Source: Moniliella sp. 'wahieum' | Lineage: Eukaryota | Assembly: GCA_003971905.1 (NCBI GenBank) | Contig: RSEE01000034.1 | Span: 434,001-498,000, forward strand | DNA: 64,000 nt | Direction: 5' to 3' | Part shown: piece after piece, positions 12,101 to 23,979 of the stretch | Layout: the number at the start of each line of letters is the position of its first letter | Numbering within the stretch: the first letter of the stretch is position 1 | The notes under the pieces: generated by a model | What the model was told of the DNA's origin: nothing | Database searches by the model: none | The model's input: only the letters and a program-made list of their open reading frames with translations | Position numbers and translations under genes: made by a program

Positions 12101-15100
12101 CACGGTGCATACCCATCAAGTGCTTCAAGCGGGTACGGCCTCAGTCTGGCCTGCCCCTGGTAACGACCCGTACGCCGCGCCCAACCCGCTGTATCGGCCC
12201 CCTTCAGCTCGAACTGAGCAGTCTCCCTGCCCTCCTCGCCTCTCCCGTTCCGAAGAGCAGTGTTGCTCCTGGCTGGACTGCGGTTTGGGGTGACCAAAGT
12301 TCCTGAATCGTACTACGAGTCGATCAAGGTATGTGTCTCCCTTGCGCCTGTAGTTTTTGTGTCCACCTCCCTCTAACTTCGCTGCTTGTAGGCCACATTC
12401 ACTTTCCCCCAGACGGTGGGCATTGCGGGCGGAAAACCCTCTTCATCGTATTACTTTGTTGGATTGGACAGCAGCAACGACACACTCCTCTACCTGGACC
12501 CGCATCAGGTGCACGCCGCTGTGCCCTTCCGTCCGATCGAAGGTGATGCGTCCCTGTGCACAGCCTACACGCCAGCCCAGTTGGAAACGTACCACGGTGC
12601 CAAGATCCATCGTCTTCCCCTCCGCTTGATGGACCCAAGTATGCTTTTGGGCTTTGTCGTGCGCAGTCGAGAGGAGTGGGACGATCTAGTGCTTCGCCTC
12701 GCTGCCTTGCCCAAACCTCTCCTCTCCCTCAACGCCAACCCACTTCCAGCGGAGGCCGCGCCACCTCCGCCCGTGGAAGGAGACAGCAGCTGGGCCGAGG
12801 ATGGCGTTCAGTCCCTTTCTGATTCGAGCGAGCCGGAGCATGCGCCAGATGAGGAAGATCTTGAGCTTGAGCTTGAGCCAGATATGGTCCCTATCGCGGC
12901 GGATGCGGTGCCACTGCCCCCAGCAACCGAGGGAGAGCTGGACCAGGCCCTGGAGGAGGAATGCCACCCCTGCGGCGCCTCCACCGCCACCGCCGCCGGC
13001 GATGCCAGAGGAAAGCAGTGCTCATTCCCCTCGTCATGCCAGTATCCGCCCAAGTCTAGGTGACCCTCTCCGTTCCCCGAAAGGCGCTCGCCCCGGAGGA
13101 GCACACCCTCCCTCCTCCCCACCCCAGGCTGCCTCATCCTCACCTGATTCCGGCCCTCGAGACGACAGCCCCAGCTTCAGCCCTCACCTCAGTCCCCGCC
13201 GAGCTCATGCCAGTGCCAGCGCCGCTGATCCCCCTACTGTACCCCCTCCGAACGTCCGGGAGCCCACTTGTCTGAACCCGGGGCGCGAGCGGGACCAACG
13301 ACTGCCACAGCTGCCGCCGGCCCCGGGTGGGAGGAGGGCCTGCCGATACGAGCGAGGCGACGGGCGAGCTTCCGTCGCCCGTTATGCTCTCTGCTGCGCA
13401 TTTGGGTGCTGTGCCGGCGGCTGTGTCGGGTTTGGCGGCCGCGGCGCTGCGCGCAGCGTTGATATCGGCTCCTTGGCGGCGACCTGCCGCCTCACGCGGC
13501 AGGAGCGAGGAGGAGATGGCAGGCGTCGCTGTGTCCCCGGCCGCAGCGCAAGGACGAGAATCGCCTTGCGCGCCCGCGCCCGAGCGAGGCGGGAGCGTGT
13601 CTGATACCCTACGCGGCGGCGCAAGCAAGCGCAATCCTTTGGCCCGTCTGCTGCGCTCGCTCCGCGCCCCCACGGCATGGACAGTGGCGAGTTGCCCCCG
13701 CTCCCGCCGGCCTTACCTTCTCCGCCCGCTCTGTCCCCCCTCCCGGTTGCGCCAGTGGCGAGCCGGACGAACGAGATACCCCGCCCGGGGCAGGACGGTG
13801 CTGTGCCCCGGGCCGCGTGGGCTTTGACCGCCCGCCCGACGCCGACGTCGCGCCCGATCCGACCGACTGGGATTGGGGCGCGGTGGAGCCCGACCCGCGT
13901 GAGGGGAACGTCGAGCCCGATGGCGATGGCCGGCAGGCACGATCGTCGCTGGACCGTGAACAGGCACTACCCTCTGAGCTGGACTTGGAGGAGCACCGTG
14001 CCTCGCCCTCGCCTTCGCCCTCGCCTTCGCCCTCCCACCCTAGCCCACGACCGGATGAGTCCCAGCCCACAGCCGCGCCCGGGGACGCGGCGCTGGTCGC
14101 GCACCCGCTCCCGGCCGCTCCCACCTGGGACCCGGTACCTTGGTTGCCATCCAACGAGGACGATGGGCTGCGGTCGCTCGACTCTTCTCCCCTTGGCTCG
14201 CTGCAGGACGTATACCAAACTGGCAGCCGCGAGCGCGGACTGGCCCACGGCGTCCCCCGCCCCGAGTCAGTGGGAGGACACCCAGAGCGCATGGGCAGGG
14301 CGCCCGAGGCAGCCGAGCTGGGCAGCCCGGACGCGGATGGCAATGGCATTGGCGATGCGGGTGGGGATCGAGATGGGGATCGAGATGGGGATCGGGATGG
14401 GGATCCCGTGCGAGAGAGCAGGTGCTGCAGCCCGCACCCAGCTGGGTCGAGCGCGATCGTGCGGCCCGGATGGCGAGCTTGCTCACCCAGTTGGCTCCCG
14501 CCACCGCCCTGCCACCCCACCCCACTCCCACCGCACCCGCCGCTGTCACGCCGCCTCGCACTTGGCTGACACGAGATCCGACGGCGCCCGGCTCTTGTCG
14601 CCTGCTTCGTCCTCGGGCAGACGCGCTGGAGAGCGGGATGGCGAGCGGGATGGAGGACGAGATGGGCCCAGCGTGGCCAGGGCAAGCGGACGAGAACGAA
14701 GACGAGAACGAAGACGAGAACGAGGATGCGAACGAGGAGACGGAGAATGGGCCGATTCGCATGTGAACGCTACAGAGGAACCTACTTCTTTGGCTGACCT
14801 CGATCGTCTTTCTCCCGTTCCAGCAGCGGTATTTGGTCCGCTGGACACGAGCGTGTTGGGGGCTGATGCTGATACTGGTGCTGATGCTCATGCTGATGCT
14901 GGTGCTGATGCGGACGCTGAGGTCTTGTTGGGGACTTGGTCCCTCACCCTTGACGGCGTCGATTCCCATCCCTTTGGGCCCCAGGCGACCCAGTCGACAG
15001 TCCATATCCCGGTCGTTCGAAGTGGGTTCATGGGAAAATGTGAGTGGCAGCTTGTTTACTCGCCCGACACCCGAACTGCTCTTGGCGGCCCAAGCTCAAG

Positions 15101-15149
15101 CGCAAGCCACCGCTTCGCGTGCCAGCCCACCCAGCAAGACCAATCTTAG
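9194..15149 (+). CDS. ATG4: Autophagy cysteine protease Atg4 (peptidase C54) with very long disordered N- and C-terminal regions; outer boundaries uncertain
   Basis: Core at about 11450-12730: SRIWCSYRSHFPPI, DAGWGCMLRTGQS (catalytic Cys), GEWFGPS, GIAGGKPSSSYYFVG, LYLDPH, MDPSMLLGF; intron 12329-12391. Confidence 0.85.
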
Positions 15150-17453
15150 CCTCGACCCACTGCCCTCGGCTGGTAGCACCGGCGTGCCACGCCCCATACT
15201 GTTCTCTCCCCTGCCTCGTTCGACTTTGGCTCGCGTCGCTCGTCGCGTGCGCGGCTGCGCGAAGCGCGTCGGCCATCCTCGAGCGTACACTCGACTTCGC
15301 CGTCTCGTGCGCCTGCTGCGTCATCGTCTCTGCTCTCCCTTCACAAGCGACCCTGATCCCGTGGCTTGTCGCCCCTCACCCCCCCTCACCCTCCCAAGAT
15401 CCCAAGCTCCTGGGCTCACAACCTCTTACCTCCCCCTCCTTCCTCCTTGCCTCCTGCTCTTCTACCCTCATCTTCGGTTTGTTTGTTTTTTCCTTTGTTT
15501 ACCCCACCCTTTTCTTGCCGTTGCAATCTTCTCTCTATCCTCTTTGATCCGCCCGGTGGGGGACCGAATTCTAGCTCATCGATCCTCTTGATCCCTCGGC
15601 ACCGACCTTAGAGCGTAGCGCTGCCCCTGCAACGTTGCTTGTTTGGCGTCCTGCTGGCTCCGCCTGTACCGCTACCTTGCCTTGCCTGAGACCCGAGGCC
15701 TGTTGAGGCCTGACTAGGGACTGGCGCGCGAGACCAAGCTGCTTACCCGAGCCAAGACCACACAAACATACCGCAACGTTGTGCCTCCGCTTGCCTCTCC
15801 AATCCCCCCCCCGTTCCACCACTGTTCCGCCCATTCCACCCATTCCACCCATTCCATCCTCCTGTTACATATTTCCCTCTTCCCCTCTGGCGTATGTACC
15901 CTCGTTTGGCCCTCTGGCCAGTGTGCTGGACGCCAGTCCTTGCTTTTGCCTTGAACGTGTTTGTTTTTTCGGTGCACTCGGAACGGGCGACGCGGGGCGC
16001 GCTCATAGCATGCTCCAGGCTCCAGGCTCCGTGCTCCGTGCTCCCTCTATAGCCACACGGGACACGCGCGCGTCCGTCTCGTCCCGCGTTTGGCTTGGCT
16101 CGGGTTGATAGAGAGGTATAACAGTGCGTACCGACAAGAGGATTTTGTGAAGGCTACGTTCTGTAAACTGTGGGTTCTGAGCTCAGCTTCCGCTTGAATA
16201 GGGGCAGGCAGGTGAGGGAACTGCTGGTATCTCCACCTTGCCAAGACAACACTAGACCTGACGATTGATGGAGGATGGAAAAATACTGGACAGGGAGGGA
16301 TTATGGATGGATCGACAGGTGGGCGAACTACGAGGGCTCGCCTTACTTTTGCTCAGTTGACCAGAATGCTGCTGCCCCGTCTGGCAGTGGCACGTATACG
16401 GGTATGACTGTGGAACAATCCTTCCTGCTGGTATCCTTGGGATCGCCAGGAGCTGGAAGGCACCCAACATGCATTTTGCGATGCTTCAGACAGAAGACGA
16501 CGGTGTCGTAGTAAGAGCATAGGCGCTCGCCCAACGGACTCGAGCGGTGTGCTCCACAAAGAGGAAACACAAAAAGCCACATCCAGCTCAGCTGTTGGTG
16601 CAAGAGGGGTGGTCGAACAGAGCAGATGAGGGATGGATGGGTGGACAGCCTCTCCGTGGTAGGGATGATGCTTACATACAGCCCATGTCTTGTTTTGCCC
16701 AGCGGCGCCGCCCGCTCGGCTTTGTGTCCGCAATTGATGGTTTAGCTGGTTCCAACACAGAGCACTGGAAGAGAGGCGTCTGACGGGTGCATTTTTGGCT
16801 CTCGGCGCCGCCGCTGGTTTTGCCGCGCCCCCAGGCACGGCTGCCCTGTCGCTGCGCCGCCCGTCCGGCATGACGCAATCCACCTCGGTCTGGCTTGCGG
16901 CGCGAGGGTCGGCGAGCGTCGGTGCAGCTTGCAGGCACTGCCGCGCGCAAACGCTAAAGGGGAAGCGTGTCGCCAACGCGCTGCTGGCGCTCGTCGCCCG
17001 TCTGGCCCTGCCGGCAAGCAGAGCGATGGCCATGTCGAGCGCCTCCGCAGCCACCGCGACACCGATCCCTGCCCGCCCCCCCGCCCCGGCCACCGCGTAC
17101 CTGCAGCACCCGCACCACACCGCCGACGGCCGCGGGGAACGCACTGGCGCCGCGCTGGTCTCGCTCGCTGCGGAGCACGCCGTCTAACTCCGCCCCACAC
17201 GCACTGGCCCACTCGGGCGCCGCTGCTGGGGCACAGTGCTTGGCGCGTACGAGCTTGTGCAGACGCACATGCATCCGCCTGAGCAGCTGCGGCTGGCTGT
17301 CTCCGGCCCCGCACTAGCCCACTCCCGGCCGCGCAAAGCCACCGCTCCGATCGCACGCGCACCGCTGGCACCTCGCCCGTGTCCGCATCCCACTGCGGCC
17401 GGGTGCGGGTGTGCTGGCAGCGCACTGCAGCGCAGGCCAACGCCAGCGCGGAT

Positions 17454-17470
17454 TGAACGTTGAATATTCA
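17454..17470. repeat. Mixed TNA-palindrome array TGA ACGT TGA ATAT TCA
   Basis: Read directly; about 190 bp upstream of the metacaspase ATG. Confidence 0.85.
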
Positions 17471-17661
17471 GAGCTGGCTGAACACCACCCCCTGCAGCAG
17501 CCGCTCCGTCGCTCACACTCCGTCCGAGCACCTCCGCGCTGCCCCAGACAGATCTCCAGCGCGTATTTAAACCCGCGCGACAGCACCAGCAGCCTCTGCT
17601 GCCGACCCCATTCGCCAGTTCCGCTCCACACACACACACCACACCACATCTTCGAACCATC

Positions 17662-19271
17662 ATGTCCTTCCCCGAACCCTTTGGCGGTGTCGTCCACATG
17701 ATCCCGCCTGCCCCACCAGAGCACCCCCCACAACCCCGGCCCCACGCAACACCCCGGTATGTCCAACTCTGAATAGTAACCCCCCCCCCCCCCCTAACAC
17801 GCCTGGTAGACACATGACCATGCCTCAGCCCTTCCACGGCGGACGCCCATACTACGAGCCAATAGCAACCCTGCCGGAGACTAGCCGCCGCACCAGAACG
17901 TGGTACCCGGGAGAGAGTGACTCGGACCTGCTGGCCACGCCGCGGGGCTATCCGCCTGCACCAGCAGCACCGCGCCCTCATTCTTGGGTCAGCACCTCTG
18001 CTGCAGCTACCGGCTACCCCCCCGCTCCCCCCGGTACCGCACCCGCGCCTGCCCCGATGGCTATGCCGATCCCCCACCCACCCCGAAGATGGGGCCGCGT
18101 GGAAGGACCCTTGGGCCCGCCTGAGTACCGCAACATGAACGTCCGCTTTGATCGCCCCCCCGGGGGCACGATGGAAAATGGGATGCGATATGAGTACAGT
18201 TCGATGACTGGCCGACGCAAAGCCTTGCTGATTGGCATCAACTATCCCGGCACCAAGGCCGAGCTCAAGGGGTGTTGGAACGATGTGGCGAAAATCCGCA
18301 AGTTTATCATGCAGGCAGGCGGGTTGCTGCCAAGGACATGGTGATTCTCACCGATCAAAGTACTGACCCTCGCGCCCGGCCCACCCGGGCCAACATGACG
18401 GCCGCCATGCACTGGCTCGTCAAGGACGCCCAGCCAGGTGACTCGCTCTTCTTCCACTACTCGGGTCATGGGTCCCAGGCCACCGCAAACACAAGGCGAC
18501 GAAGGTGTGTACTCTTTCTTGTGGATCCTGGGTGACCGGTGATGTGAGATGGCTACCGACGATTGGACTAACTTGGCTCTATTCGCCCTCAGCCGATGGA
18601 CTGAACGAGTGCATTGTGCCCTCGGATTACATCAAGAGCGGCTTGATGGAAGATGATGAGTTACATGCGATTATGGTGCGCCCCTTACCCGTTGGCTGCC
18701 GCCTAACTGCCTTGTTTGACTCGTGCCACAGTGGGACGGTGCTGGACCTGCCCTATATTTACTCGGCATCAGGCAAGATTTTGGAAGAGACTGTAGCGGC
18801 CAATGTGGGGGATGGGCTGCAACGTGCAATGCGTGCCTATGCCAGTGGCAACATTATGGATGCTGCTCAGGGCGTGGTGGCAACCATGACACAAGCCCAA
18901 GCCGAACAGCGCGCCCGCGAGATCACCATTCGTACCCGCTCTTCCGGCGCCGACGTGGTCATGTTCTCTGGTTGCAAGGACAGCGAAACCAGTGCCGACA
19001 CGGTCGAAGCCCAGAAGGCCACCGGTGCCTTGAGCCATGCATGGGTCACTGTGTTTGACCGATGGCCTAACCTCACTTACCTCCAACTGCTCAATGCGCT
19101 GCGCGACGAGCTGGTGGAGCGCTTTCATCAGAAACCGCAGGTGCGTTGTTTTCCCCTTTGATTGATCTGGAATGCTTCCTCTGCTGCCAGTTTGGCTTAC
19201 ATCTCCTTTGGGCCCCTCGACAGATCTCCACCTCCCACCCTTACGACTTGAACACACTGTTTACCATCTAG
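17662..19271 (+). CDS. MCA1: Metacaspase (peptidase C14), Pro-rich prodomain, 4 exons
   Basis: [24 protein letters not shown] and [11 protein letters not shown] motifs; introns at about 17757-17809, 18504-18592 and 19141-19223. Confidence 0.93.
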
Positions 19272-20052
19272 AGGCCGTTATTCCTCTTTTCTCTTCTCTC
19301 GCCCACCTATTCGTGGCCCCTCATCTCCCGAAGCGTGATGGGAGGCGCACGCCGTCGAGCATTGCCCGGTACGTCTCTTGTGGCTGCGCACTTCCTCCCT
19401 TCTATATACATTGCATGCTTTCAACTATACCTGTGGAATGCCTAGACGCAGCACCACGACGGAAACATATGGCTATAGGCGATTCAGTCCCTGGTCCAGC
19501 CAGGAGCCTCAGGCCGGCCTGGGCTCGGCGTTCTGTGCAGTCGCCTAAGCAGACTCGAAACCCTGTGTACTTCCTTGGCACGCCGTACGGGTCGTTGGAA
19601 GGGAAGGATTTCTCATCTGCATGGCAACACTGTGGTTTTTGGCTGGCAGCATATTGTGGAAGGACCTCAGTTGTATTATTGTGCATCGTACCTTGTCCTA
19701 GGAGGGGGACTGATTCCCTCGGGATGGAGCCCTTTTAGGCCTTACGGGGGAAGCGGGGGACGGACTGCTGACTGCTTACTGCTGACTAGTGACTGCGGAC
19801 TGCTGACTACCATTAAGTGCGCATTGCTCGCCTAGTCACCATATGGCAGCGGAGACTAATAGGCGTCGCGGAATCGGGGCCTTGTCCGGCTCTGTCGGAT
19901 TTAACTGGACGGAGCAAATTGGTGCGGGGGCCATGTCACGAAGTCACAGCCGCCCCACCCCGCCTTCAAATACTTTTGCTGGGGGACCCATTGCTGTTAA
20001 CCACATCACCACCATCGCCTATGGCCTAACCCCGGCCAAAGCAGCATCCAGC

Positions 20053-21669
20053 ATGTCCACAACAACCCTTACCCTTCCGCCTACCGAGCACATCCCGCTC
20101 ACCCCTCTCCCCTTCGCGGCAAGCAAATCTAATACGTCGTCTCCCGAGGTCATCTTACCCCCCAGTGCTGCTAAACCAATTCCGGAACCAAACCAACAAC
20201 CCCAGGCGGGATCTGAATCTGCTCCTGCCCAAACGTCATCAAACATGTAAGTGCACGGGGCAAGGACCAAGTTTGCTGGAAATCCTCTTGTTCGGGCGTC
20301 TTGCTTGCGCGGATGCTGACGAGGGACCTTCTTTTGACGGGCTTGACTATGCTGGTGGTGGGGACGGTGGCAGTACTGGTGTCGTTGTGTGCATCTCCTC
20401 GTTTCTTGTGATTTTTCTGTCATGTGGCGTGGTCTTCTCCTTTGGTGTGTATCAGGAACTGTACCAGCAACTGGCCACCGAGCCGGACAATCCGTTTACT
20501 GGCCAGCAGCCTGCCGTGATTGATTTGATCGGGACTGCGTCTGCCGGGCTTCAGACACTACTTGCACCTCTCGCTACCGCCTGGAGCAAACGGTTTTCCC
20601 CCCGGATCGTCATATCTACCGGTGGCTTGCTTTTGGCCTTGGCAGGTGTTTTGGCCAGCTATTCGCACACACTGTGGCAAGTTGTTCTCACCCAAGGTGT
20701 TCTCATGGGCTTTGCGACCTGTCTCAGCTACATTACTGCGGTCACTGTGGCCCCGACGCACTATGGCAAACGCCGCGCTCTTGCCATGGGCATCATCACG
20801 GCCGGAACGGGGGTGGGGGGCGTGATGTGGGGTCCTGTGATTCAAAAGTTGAACACCAATCTCGGGTTCCGAAACTCGCTTCGCATTTCGGGCGCCGTGT
20901 GTGGAGTGACGGTAATGTTGTGTGGGCAAGCGCTGGACTGGGACCCGGCTTCCAAAGTTCGGTTTGCAGCGGAAAAACGGGCATTGGCAGGAACGGCGCG
21001 TCGGTCGTTCTCCTTTCTCCCCTCGGTGGATTGGCGGATTGCCGAGACGCCAAGGTTTGCCGCCTCGGCGTTGGGGCCGGTCTGCAAGCAGCAGTATACT
21101 ATGCCCCGATCTTTTACTTTTCGGCGTATGCGCGCACTCTGGGCTATGGCCAGGCGGCGGGTGCCAACCTGATTGCGCTCTCGAACGCGTGCAATGCAGT
21201 AGGAAAGATTGGAATTGGGTTGTTGGCCGATGGCGTGTGTGGTCGGATCAATGCGCTGCTGTTGTCGACGGCAGTGAGTGCGGCGGCAACGTTGGCGCTA
21301 TGGTTGCCGTCGGCGCTAGCTGGCAGCCGGGCGGCGTTTGTCGCGTATGTGGTCATCTATGGTCTGACGGCAAGCGCCTATGTCAGTCTCTTTCCTGCCT
21401 CTCTCGTCGAACTCTTTGGCCCAGCCCACTTTCGCAACGTCAATGGCGTCCTGTATGCCATCCGGGGCATGGCCGCACTCGTCGGTACCCCCACCGCGGG
21501 CGCCTTGATCGCGCGGCTACGATGCCTCGGACCCCGGTCGCAACCCCCCTCAGGCCTACTGGATCACCATCACCTTTGCTGGAGTCCTCTTACCGCTGCA
21601 ACCGCGGGCGTCGCTTGGGTCCGCGTCGAAGCGGGCAGGACGGCCGGCAAGAAAAAGTGGAAGTTGTGA
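20053..21669 (+). CDS. MFS transporter, monocarboxylate (MCT/MCH) family
   Basis: GVVFSFGVYQE, YGKRRALAMGIITAGTGVGG and GLLADGVCGRIN motifs with multiple TM segments; GTAAGT donor at 20247; indels present. Confidence 0.88.
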
Positions 21670-22830
21670 TGGGATATGGTGCTGCTGAGGCTCAGCTGTG
21701 CGCTGGGCGCTCAGACTGAGATCCGCGTGGCCGCTCTGTGGCCTGCAAGCTGCATTATGCATTTCATCACTTGTATGTGTGTTGGGTTGAAAGGGACGTA
21801 TGGATCTGCTGTCTACGCCAGTAGTAAGGTGCGTTAGGCGCAGCCTTGTCTCCCTGCCTATAGCCTAAATATACGACCGCCACCAACAAGAGGGCACAAG
21901 ACGAGACTGCTGACGCCTCCTTGAAGTCTAATTGAAGCCACGAGCACAAAGATGTTCACATCACTGTTAGCTCCTTATTAACACAGAAAGCTTCTTGGCT
22001 ATGATCTACCTCTTCCAAAGCAATAAGAAAAACGTGGAAGGGGACAAACCAGTGGTGCGTCAGATGGCTCTCCACACAGAGGCATTTTGTGTGTCTAGAG
22101 TAACAGGGTTTTCCGGTCGCCATAATGCATAAGCGCATAAGCTCTCTCTCGCAACAAGGGTATATAAACGATCGGCGTTGCTATGCCCCCCCAAACAAGA
22201 AGGAGGCACAGCCAAAAGCCGTCGGTATACATATGTACCAAAGAATACACATCTCTCCGTCTAATATGGTGTGGGCGCTGTTGTGCTGACGGCGGAGTGT
22301 GTACACAGTGTTCTAATGCCTGGGTACCTGCGGCGCAGCTGGCCCAGCAGCCCACAGCCGCCCGACGAGACGCCAGAAAATCGCCCACAACTAGTAGGTA
22401 TACACAGCAAGCCTGCGCCTCAGGCTCAGAGACCCCGTATTAGGTATTCTTGCACATGGCTCAGCGTACAGTTTCTCTAGCCCCGCGCCTCTGCCCGCAA
22501 CCGACCTACTGATCAAATTCAATGATAGCGACCCCCCCCCAAACTCTTAGCTGCGCCCACAACCGCCACTGTGGAACTCCACCAAGAGAGAGGGGCTGAA
22601 TTGGTAGCGCCCTCCATCTCTCCGCCGACTCTCTTTCATTACTCGGCGATGAATAGAGTCTGTCTACTCTTCACCTCGCACAGGCGGCAGTATATAAAAC
22701 CTTCTGTTTTTCTTTCGCTTCACCCCCAAGAGCAACGGTGCCATCCCCTCTTCTGGATCTCATATACCTCCTCCCCCCCTCCCCCCTTCATCTTCTGACC
22801 CCTCTCTGCGTTGCTGGCAACGACATTGTT

Positions 22831-23643
22831 ATGGCCACTTTTAAGTTCTACCTCCCCCTCCTTGGCCTGGTCGCCTTTCTCCAGGTCGTTGTCGCCCTCA
22901 CCCCACTCTTGTCTCCTGGCGAGGCACGCATGGCCAAGCGTAAGATCCACGTGCACCAAGCCAAGCGCACCGCCATCTCGCCTGGACAGCGCAACGCCAC
23001 CAGCACAGCTCGTTCGCAAGTTGCCCCCTCCGACGAGAAACGGCGCAGCAACACGGCCTGGTCCGAGCGTGTACTTGAAAAGCGGTACACTGTGTACAAA
23101 GGTGGTGAAGGCACCTGGTACTCTGGGGGCAGCCTTGTACGTCCTTCTCATCTTTCCACTTCCCCCAAAGTCAAGCCAACCACGCCATCCTAGCTGTCGT
23201 ATATATTGACTATAACCTCTCTGTGGACCCATTGAAGGACAACCCCGCCTGCGGCGGGGACACCCCGACGGATTCTTCCAGCATTGTAGCTGTGCCTTAC
23301 GATTCTCCGGCCCAATGCTGGGACTGGCTCCGGTAAGCGGTTCTCTGTTTGGACTCACTCTTCCTATTTCTGACCTGAATCCTATCCTATATATCAAGAA
23401 TCCACTACAACGGAAACGTTGCCGTTGCCCAAGTCGTTGACCGATGCGCCAGCTGCGATGGGGCCAATGACCTGGACATGACCAAGAGTGCGTTCGTCTA
23501 TATCGTTCGGCCTTCTAGCTGTTACACAACATGGGATTGAGACTAACCCCTCTTTTTGATTAGGTGTTTTCTCGCAACTCGCCAGCCTGGATACAGGTGT
23601 TCTCGACGACATCCACTGGCGCAAGGTTAACAATGACGACTGA
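22831..23643 (+). CDS. Secreted RlpA-like double-psi beta-barrel (expansin/loosenin-like) protein, 189 aa, 4 exons (22831-23136, 23238-23332, 23399-23487, 23564-23643)
   Basis: Signal peptide; the spliced product reads GEGTWY..ACG..IVAV..CW..VVDRCASC..DLDMT..F..LASLDTGV..IHW; all three introns are phase-consistent. Confidence 0.88.
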
Positions 23644-23962
23644 TGATAGTGTCAACTCTCAAAAACAAAGCGAACCCTCTGCTGTCCGGCGTCGATCTCT
23701 CCCCCTTTTTGAGAAGAATCTGAGCTGTCAACGTGCACATCGCGTCACATTCTACATTTGTGCCAGCAAGCCATCCAGCACAAACGCTTCTGTGCTTCCC
23801 TCCCGGTTCTCCGTATTCAAATACTTCACCATGTTTCCTGTCTTCACTCTTCATTGACCATCTCTCCCCCCGCTTTTTTATTCACGCCTTGACCAACTGT
23901 GTGTTTGATCCTCAGGTCCCACACGGTCCATGTCCCCTTGCGGTTTTTTGTCATTCTTACTC

Positions 23963-23979
23963 TCAGATCTCAGATCTCA
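23963..23979. repeat. TNA-palindrome array TCA GATC TCA GATC TCA
   Basis: Read directly from the sequence. Confidence 0.9.

Noticed and set aside
14340..14910. GATGGGGATCGA, GAACGAAGACGA and GCTGAT repeats as independent repeat elements
   Set aside because: Periods are multiples of 3 within coding-like frames, so they are best read as amino-acid repeats in the putative ATG4 tail
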